A stretch of DNA of 55,287 bases, counting the filler, from Circinaria calcarea (Eukaryota), in assembly GCA_051942165.1 (NCBI GenBank). It is 4 parts of 4 records of this genome, joined end to end, with 100 filler letters (N's around TTAATTAATTAA, not from the genome) between each part and the next. Parts side by side here need not be neighbours in the genome. Positions count along the whole stretch, not along the records: positions 41,564 to 55,287 come from JAVECS010000477.1; 3 more parts are not named here. One strand, 5' to 3'. This document shows positions 46,607 through 55,287 of this stretch, piece by piece. The notes beneath the pieces are model-generated. The model did not search any database. It was not told the DNA's origin and saw only the letters and a program-made list of their open reading frames with translations. The position numbers and the translations under genes were made by a program. Position 1 is the first letter of the stretch; every line of letters starts with the position of its first letter.

Positions 46607-49600
46607 ATGCCAGCTATTCGAAACAAGGTGCCCGTGGGCTCAGCGCAATGGATCATGGAAGAGAGGGAGCAAGTTGCACTATTCAGAGAACAAGAAGCGG
46701 AGGACTTTGCCTTCTCGGCGCGCAATGAGATTGAATGGCTCAACGAGCACATGGCCGAAATATTCAGCAACAATGGAGTGTAGGATAAGATGAAGTTGAG
46801 GGTAGTGAGCTAGAGCTGACCTGTGAATAGGAATGTCACGGAGATCTTCAAGACACCAGGAAAGCTTAGGGGCAAGACGCCTCGCACAACAAGAAAGCGG
46901 AATCCATTGGCAACTCGAGCGGTACGTTTAATGCTGCTCAGGTGCTGTACTATATCTAATGAGCTGTACAGCCACTCACGGACATTTTCTCTGCCACTAT
47001 CCTATCGAACATCAGCCCTTCACGTGGTCAATCTCTGTTTGAAGAATCCAAGAAAAGCCCAGTCATCGACCGCCATGTGCCAGTGGAACCGGAACTTCAA
47101 GAAACGACCCAATCAACGGGCAAAGAGGACTACGACTCCGGATACCATGGAACATCTGGGGATGAGATGGAAGTCGATGACGTCTTACAGTCAACCGCAA
47201 CAATAAATGAATTACCTACAATCTCTGAGCCTATGCTTATTGACCCTCCTGCCATACAGGAAAATGAGAGGCGGCAGCCTTCTGAAGAGCAAACGATCAC
47301 CGAAGGGTCCTTTCTTTCCGCAAAAGATGACCTTTCAACGAGGGATGCCAGTAAATGCGCCCCGCTAGAACTTATACAGCAACCACAAGATGTACAAGAG
47401 CAAGAGCAGCAGCACCTCAAGGACAGGTCCAGTTCACCTAAAGCTGCAGACGCTGTAAATTGTACCATATCAGAGGCATTGCCGAGTCTAATTTCTCCGG
47501 AAATAATACCCCAGGTCGAGGAGAACGAAGAAGACAGACAATCCCTTCTTCATGAGGATCCTGAACTTGCTCCTTCTCATACGCCTTCTGACGGCTCCAG
47601 CCCTGCGAAACCCATGGTTCGAAAGAGTAGTCTAACATTTGCATCACTGCCAGCACGGGAGCCACTAACAACGAAGAAAAGTATTGGAGCACGTGTCTCG
47701 AGAACAAGTCACCTGGATCAATCGAAGTCTGCCATGGCCGGCCGAGGAAGTTACTTCGGTCGTTATGCGGGCGCCAAAACTTTGGGTAACGGTCGTCAAC
47801 CAGAGTACATTGACGAACCGGAAGACGAGGATGCGATGGATTTGGATGAAGAAGAAAGACCACAACCTACGCGGGAAGAATCCGACGGTGACGGAAAGAC
47901 GGCCATATTACACAACAAATCCTCAACCCAGCGACTACACGATCGCATAAACATGTTGGGGCAGACACAAACAGCAAGACCCAACAAATCAATTTCAGGA
48001 ATCGTCCCATCTGCACCTCAGCCCAGTTATCCAGAGCTACCGAAGCCAGACAATGAAAACTTGCGGGCCAGGGAGCAGTCAGTTCTACATGATACAAGCA
48101 ATAACGCCACAGTTACAAATGAAGACGATGACGATGATTGGATCAAGCCGCCTCCCGGCCAATTAAATCCCTCGAATCGTCTTCTGCTAGTTAAAAATGG
48201 ATCCCTTGACGTTATGGAGGAGAACAGTGGGAAAGATGGTATTAATGGCGATAATCCTGGACTAGGACCTCATGAGAGACCAAACGAGAGGCAGTCTTCC
48301 CCTCTGCGGCCAACCGAAAAAATAGAATATCCAGCAGCGAAGTCTGGACACAAGAAATCGGTTTCGACTACCATACCTACATCACCTATGAAGCTCTTAC
48401 CCAACCCAGAGATAAATCGTCACAAAAAGGCGGTTTCCGTGTCAATTCCAAGTACGCAACCAGTGACCTCTACAACGCCTGCTGGGAAACCAATCGCCAA
48501 GACACATCACGAGGGACCTTTGACTGCCTCAAAGTCCAAGTTACAATCAATTATGAAATCTGCTCGCGGCCTTTTTACAAGCAGTGCAGGGGTTTCTGCA
48601 CAGGCGAAATTGGAGACTCTGTCACCATCCTCGAGAACTCGCAGTAAAACACAAGCTCCCAATGATGGGCTGCCTACTAATACGTCTAATTTGAGCCATT
48701 CGCTGTACCCAAACCTTCCGGGCGAAATGCCGACCACCGCAACCATCGATCAAGCCAGGGGACCTGAGGGTCGCAGATTGCGGAGCTCCACAGAAAAGAA
48801 GGAAAGGGTAATGGGTATTGAGGTAAAGGAGCGACAGAAACCAGAGCTTGAGGTCGAACGGGAACGAAACCATCCGCTTCACAAGGGCTATCACAACCAA
48901 AAGCCACGAACGGGAATCACTACTACTCAAAATGGGTCAGAGATGGAGATTGAAACCAATCTGCCGAAAGGAGCGTCAAAACCAACCAGGCAAAGTCCTA
49001 GGCAGCTCCAGAAATCCAAGGAGGCTGAGAAACTACCCGAAGCTTACGAGTTTCCAGCAAATGCTATGCAAGCCAGTGGGACTTTGGAGTCAATGGGCCC
49101 ACCTCCCTCTCGAACTCAAGCCTATCCTTCTCAGATGCAAAAACCCAAAGAGCTACGAAGGCCACTCAAGCCTGCCAAGGAGCCTTTGGCTAAGCCAAAA
49201 CCTCAACCAGTTGCTATCAGGGTAGGAACATTGTCACAAAGAATACCTCTGACGAATGCTGCACTCTCTTCAAGCTTACAAGATTCGTTACCGCCAACTC
49301 AAGCTAAGCAGCCCACATTGGCCAAGAAACCGAGTACCGCTTCTTCACAGACATCCATTTCTACCACCAGCTTCAAGACCTCAGTCTCCTCTGTACCAAC
49401 GAAGCCGAAGGCTTTGATTGCCGCGGAACGAAAGAAGGAACAGGTATGTTCATTAGAAGGGTCTTCATATAGACTATACTGATCAAGCTTCTAGGATGAG
49501 AAGGAGGCTATGCGTAAGGCCGAACACAAGCGTGATATCGAACGAAAAAGAATCGCACAACAGGAGGAGGTACAACGACGTGAACTGCAACAACGCCAAG

Positions 49601-50806
49601 AGGCTGAGAAACAGAGGGAAATGGAACGCTCAATAACTGTTGAGGACCCTAATAAAGCAGCCAAGAAACAAACAATTGAGAAGAGACGCTTAGAGCTCCT
49701 CAAAAAGGAGCAACAGCGCAATCCACAACGACCTGTCAATGATCTTGTAAGTTATAGCACCATGGATTCACGATTGTGACTAATTTGCAGGCTCACGCCT
49801 TACAACAGGAGAGGATGCAAGCTCCTGGACCTTCGTATCGAGGGGAGCTGGGAGGAGGAAGACCCGTGTCGAAGGTCAATAGTATGCAGGATTTCCCAAG
49901 GCCACCTCCGAATCAATTTGCGCCCAATCCCGCCAAGCCCCCTTTAAAAAGAACATTCGAACCAGACCATGACGATGAGCTTCTGGGACCGGGCCGAGTA
50001 CAAGGTGGTCAGACTTTTCAACAATATGATCAAAAACGACGACGGACAAACGACGAAGAAGTATATGAGGTACCTACACGACCAACTATGGAACCTCCTA
50101 TTCGACAATCAAACATTCACAAGGTACGTAACTTCCAGAAAGTTAGGGATAATGAACTTACAACTCCTAGAATGTGCCGAAATCCTCAGTTTTCGCTAAT
50201 CATTACACTACCGCACCGCCACCCCCAAATGCTCACCATCCAGCACAGTCGCTGTTGAAAACATCGACCATCAACCAAGCCTACCAACAACATTCATATA
50301 ATCAGGGCGCTCGAACTGCTCATCCAATGAACACAGCACAGTTCAGGGATGGTAAGATACCCTTTGCCGAGGCGCCTAATCCGCCACCGGCATCTCACAA
50401 GACACCCCTCCCATCTAAATCGGCAATAGCCGGTGTAATGAAATCTTCACCACTTTTCAACACTGACAGCATTCTCCTGGAGGAGCCTATGACAGACAGC
50501 GAAGACGAAGATTCCGATGTAGAAAGGAAGAAGAAACAAAATCGACCGGACTGGGTGCTAACCCCAGTGTTGACAAGAACCCTTATCGACCAAGATAATG
50601 TTGATACGGACGCCTTATTTGGTCCTCCCCAACCGCCCAACATGGAAGAAATGTTTAAGGATAAGAGCCGACATCATCGGTTCCGATCGCGGACGAGCAG
50701 CGCCAACTGGGGCGGGCAGGACAGATTGACAGAAGAGGAAATCAGAGCGGATCTCGCCGCCCGGGAAAGGATGAGGCGGGATGGAGGATGGACCTACGGG
50801 TTGTAA
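46607..50806 (+). CDS. INCENP: Inner centromere protein (INCENP/Sli15/Pic1); five probable introns
   Basis: N-terminal VGSAQWIMEERE...EWLNEHMAEIF..FKTPGKLRGKTP, a charged coiled coil, and the C-terminal IN-box PDW...LFGP..MEEMF..RFRSRTSSANW. Confidence 0.92.
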
Positions 50807-52006
50807 GATAGGAATGCATTCGCCTGGTTGGTGTTCTTTGGTTTACTCATTCGGCGTTGTGCATATTGGGCCAAAGGGCGTTAGATGATGGACTGGTGGG
50901 TTGACACTGGATGGTTGGATGGTTTCAGGCTTTCTTTTTCTTTTGGGACATGCATGTCTCTTCGCCGTTCGTTAGTTCCCGCAGAAGGTTCTGCAAGATG
51001 GTGGAGCTGAATAAATGCATTGAAGCGTTTGAACTTTTTCTTAGTCCGAAACAGAGCTTCAAAGAATCGCAACGATGATGGGTATCTCCGCCTTTATGTG
51101 ATGTCTGCGCCTTTTTTGTATCTGATATGTATTAAAGTTATCCCGGCATTACCTTACCGTCTGGATGCAAGGCCTGGATTAAGCAAACTCGGCTTAATCC
51201 CTTTGACCTTACCCACCTCTTTCTTACAAAAGATCAAAGTTACTTCTTGAAACACTTGGACCAGAATGCTCTTTCTGGAGTATCCAGGTCTCGGGGTTTA
51301 TCGCGGGGCTATCAGGATCTGTCAGGCATCACCGAATTTCTACTTTGCATCTGGTGCGTTTCATGTCATTTACTCTTCTATGCATTGGGCTCTACAAGCT
51401 GGGCGTCAAAGCACTCATGCGTGCAGCAGGCCTTTCACAGCCTTTGGTGAGTCTCAAGAATGGGGTCCCTTCGGGCGATACCGCACTGTTTCAGCTTCTT
51501 TGACTTTCAGGTGAATCAGATGCCATTCGGTTCTCTTGTCTGCGTCGATTTTTTCTATCCGCTGTTCTTGTCTTACTGTGGAGGATATAGGATGCTCCGC
51601 TATGCTGCTAAGGTATAGGCAAAGACGCTGTCGAGAATGGGTTGCGAGGGCCTGAATAGTGAAGAATCAAAGGGTATATAGCATGAACTGACTGCTGCAG
51701 TATCATGCATATATAGGAGACGTATTAGGACCGGTTTCAGTATTGTATTTCTGACTACTATCCTGCTCTGCTATGTATCCAAAAGAGTGTATATATGTGT
51801 GTAGGAGTCCTCCATGCCTGCCTGCCCCTTCTTTTATGCGCGCCCAGTCATTAGTCGCCTTGGCTCCACCACATTACGTTGGTCTAAACTTGCTTGTCGT
51901 GTTGCGAATATAAAGGCACTATCTCCTGGGATTACTTCTTGTGTAGGAACTTCAACCGCATCAATAAACAGACGCATGCTATTCTCAGAAATCGCTGCTT
52001 GATAAT

Positions 52007-53567
52007 ATGCCTGAATCTGAAACGGGTACGTGATCTTGCTGACATAATCCGAATAAGACTGAAGAGTATATCCAGAGCCCGACGCGCACCTGGCTGCCTG
52101 GTCAGATCTTGACTGCTCTCTCGTATCTTCCTCTACACTTCGTAAGGCAAAGGATACGATCCTGATTGGCCGTGACTGGTGCCGAGAATCACTCCGGATA
52201 TCCTTCCAGCGTACGATTCGAGTTCCAGACAACCATGGAGCTTCGCAACTGCCTCCAAGCCTTGGAACGCTCCCTTTGTATCCGACTGCTTTGTACAAGG
52301 AAAGGATGTCGAGCCAGATGGCAGCTAAAGGTGGAGTGTTCTTTCCCATGCACCGTAAGTCTCCGTTTTATGCTCAGGTCGCGTTTTGGCTAAAAGGGTA
52401 TACAATAGAACGGGAAGCCATGTGGATCAACTTCGAAACCTCGCGCTCTTTTGCCATTAAAATTTATTTGGGCGGTGTGAACGCCATTTCCGGAGAGCCG
52501 GCTATTGAGGACATGGCCACGAGGTTGCGACGACTAGAACTCCTCAAGAACGGTAAGTCGATCCAGGACTATGTCGTGACGCCACAGCAGCTCTGGCTTG
52601 ATGGCGTTGCTAGTGAAACTGGTCAGGTTCGACAGTTTGTGGCAATGCCCACAGGGTCTGGATACTCTGTTGAAGCCCAGATCACAGGACAAGACCTTGT
52701 GGGTGGTCTACAATTCGAGGTTACGCCGCAAGTCATACCGCCTCGTATCGTACGAGATCAGGCAGATGAATACCCAATAAGTATCAAGACATTGACTGGC
52801 AAGATCACCAATTTGGAAGTTTACCCGGAACTTAGTATTCAAGGCGTAAAAACACTCTACGAGGAACAGGAAGGGATTCCTCCGGAGCAACAACGATTGA
52901 TATTTGCCGGAAAGCAGCTGGAAGATGGTACGTTTACACCACCGAGTCATTCATAATTCCGAGCTCATCAGTTTAAGCTCAAACCTTGGCACATTGCAAC
53001 ATCAACAAGGTCAGTAGAGTGTTTAGAGCCGTGCTCGTCTAATCCTTCTGATTCATTATGAAGGGATCGAGACTGCACATTGTCCTTCGCCTTCGCGGGG
53101 GAGGTGACTTGTTGCGCGACGATCGTCGTACTCAGTTGGAGATGGGCATCGCACCCGGCGGACTAATCAAGCAGAATATAAAGAAGGACACCTCCGCCGC
53201 TGATCGCTGGGATCGCGATCGCACCATCATCTTCAACGTTCAGATACTCAACTCGGAATCGTTCCACCGGGTCACCGGCATGCCACCTCCGGAAACACCG
53301 ATATCTGCCAAGACCTACTCGGATCTGGGCCTACCGTTCTACCAGCTCTACGAGGAGGCACCTGCCATCACGGGGAATTTTGGAGATCTCAAGTCCGTCA
53401 AGACGATGGACAAGATGCACGGACAAGGTGGAGAGGACGACGCGCAAGACGAGTCTTCGCACCAGAATCCCATCATCGTCCTTGATCCCGGATGTGCTCG
53501 ACTGTCTTTCAGACCTGTCTCCGAGCTTGAAGAGCAGATGAGGAAGATGAGGGGAGTGCAGTTCTAG
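52007..53567 (+). CDS. Fungal protein with an internal ubiquitin-like domain; introns include 52355-52408, 52928-52977, 53010-53063
   Basis: N-part [49 protein letters not shown], then the Ubl [35 protein letters not shown], then the C-part [22 protein letters not shown]. Confidence 0.85.
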
Positions 53568-54134
53568 GCCGATCCGGATGAGGTACCATTGAACTCCCAT
53601 GCGAGCTGCTTCAAGGGACGACTGGCGCGAGCTACTTTGACATATGCGGGCACGGATGCGGGTGGGACGACCAAAAGAATCAATGGGATGGAGAGGTGCG
53701 CCCTAAGCGCAGATCATTGCTAGTTTACCTTAAGTCGGGGCCTCCGACCGAGTGTTCGAAAACGGGGAATGCAGTCATGGCTGGCCCGAGATCCGCACAA
53801 TTGCGCTTTGCTTGCCCTGAAGCACACAACTAAGCTCTAGAAATACTACATACTGGTATCTTCCAAGGATGCCATGCCCATGAGGTATTGTGATAATTAT
53901 CCTGAATCACTGCCATTGTTATGATAACAAACCGAACCCGAATGAAATTTGTCCCCTCCATCCTCGGCATACCACACCTCGCCCCAGACCCTTGGTGGCG
54001 TCATTAGCGTCCGCCCTTAGCTCGGCAAGATCCCTGGTCATCCGGGGGGTGGCTGTTACTCGCGTGACTTTAACCGGATGCGTGGCCTCAACGCAGACGG
54101 TTTACTCCAATAAACTGCACTTTGACTGCACTCG

Positions 54135-55287
54135 ATGGCCCACTATCCCGAGTATAATCAGGCCGCTACCACGCTCTACCACGCCCACGTTCAGGCCCAG
54201 GCTCAGGCTCAGGCTCAAGCTCAGGCTCAAGCTCAGGCCCAGGCTCAGGCACCACCCGAGCAATACTACCCCGATCCCCATCTCCTCTCAGGCACCGGCA
54301 CCGCCAATCACTTCCAGCCGTCACATGCCACCCTGAATCATGCCTTGCACCCGCGACAGCAGCTCTATGGCGGAGAAGCAGGAACGATGCCTCCGCCCGC
54401 CAACGTGGGGGCAAGCATGAGTGCTCCTCATCCGAGTACCCCTGGCGCTGGTGGGACCATCATGTCGCCAGGGATGTTGCAGCAGCATCAGCAGCATCAA
54501 CAGCACCAGCAACAGCAGCAGTACCGGCAGCCGTACCAAACTCAAATGCGCAATAGTGGGTTGGACGCTTTCTTGAATTCTCTAGTGCACATCCCTGACG
54601 GTTCCTAGAACATCTTTCGCTGATGTGTCCATCATCAAAATAGATCAGCAGACGCCTCCGGCTACCATGGCTTCTGCATACCCGCAAGCTCACTCTGCCT
54701 TCGCAGCGCCCTCCAGCAATCCATCTTTCTACTCGCAGCCGGCCCCGACTACCTTTCCTCCTGCCTACAACCAACCTTTGCTTTCCTCCTCACCCTCACC
54801 ACACTCTTCAATGGCAGCCGTCTCGGTCTCGAACCCACCTCCTCCACCTCCTCAGTCCTATCCAGCTCCCCAGTCACAAGTCCTGTCACAAGTTCAGCCA
54901 CAAACCCTACCACCAACCCAGGCTACACCCCTTCCAAATCAGTCCACCCCACCTCACCAACCGCCGCCGCCGCCACAGATCAACCTTCAGCAACCGGCCC
55001 GCCCCGCCATTCCCCTTACCCCAAAACCGATCCTCCAACCCCCTCTCTCGCCCACCTCCGCAAAACTCGAGTCACAGCGGGTTACTGCTTTGCTAGAAAT
55101 AAATCGAGCATTGCTGCATGAAATCGTCCTCTTACAAGCTGCCGGTCGAGCAGGTGGGCCAGCTCAAACGCCAGCACAGCAAGGTCAGCCACCAGGCCAA
55201 GCCTCACCGGCTGGAGCGGAGGGAGATGCTGATGCGACGAAAGAAGGCGGCGATGGTAAGGATGCGGCCAGCAGTACAGATGGATCG
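54135..55287 (+). CDS. Gln/Pro-rich protein with the start of an SSXT (SS18/Snf11-like) domain, truncated at the window end
   Basis: (QA)n and polyQ tracts. After a probable intron near 54557-54643 the frame reads ...SQRVTALLEINRALLHEIVLLQAAG, resembling the SS18 N-terminal homology helix. Confidence 0.55.
54193..54252 (+). repeat. Coding hexanucleotide microsatellite (CARGCN)x10 encoding (QA)10
   Basis: caggcccaggctcaggctcaggctcaagctcaggctcaagctcaggcccaggctcaggca. Confidence 0.9.

Noticed and set aside
817..55287. A biosynthetic or functional cluster linking desaturase, HEM3, SPE2 and GST
   Set aside because: These genes lie on different, artificially joined contigs and are ordinary housekeeping genes.

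Overview
Eukaryotic, intron-containing DNA from a filamentous ascomycete (Pezizomycotina: short GT-AG introns with CTRAC branch points and fungal orthologues). It is not one locus. Three identical 100-nt spacers (44 N + TTAATTAATTAA + 44 N) join four separate contigs of steadily decreasing length (13766, 13755, 13742 and 13724 bp), so synteny across the spacers means nothing. Contig 1 holds a delta-12 fatty acid desaturase and then an accessory tract: a small hydrophobic ORF, an ankyrin protein, two convergent HExxH paralogues, a solo-LTR-like element beside a pseudogene, and a NACHT N-terminus-like fragment. Contig 2 holds HEM3, an alpha-arrestin, DPB11/TopBP1, VPS2 (with a GC-AG intron) and a partial FZO1. 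Contig 3 holds a partial hypothetical gene, SPE2 (SAM decarboxylase), a ~1630-aa RasGAP/VPS9-like protein and a secreted Cys-rich protein. Contig 4 holds a partial GST, a CCCH protein, INCENP, a protein with an internal ubiquitin, and a partial SSXT-like gene. The best leads are (1) the SPE2 leader, which is AUG-depleted and hairpin-rich and carries a single spliced 17-codon uORF; (2) a ubiquitin with an intact LRLRGG embedded mid-protein; and (3) the tail-to-tail pair of uncharacterised zincin-like proteins. All family calls come from motif recognition by eye; no searches were run.
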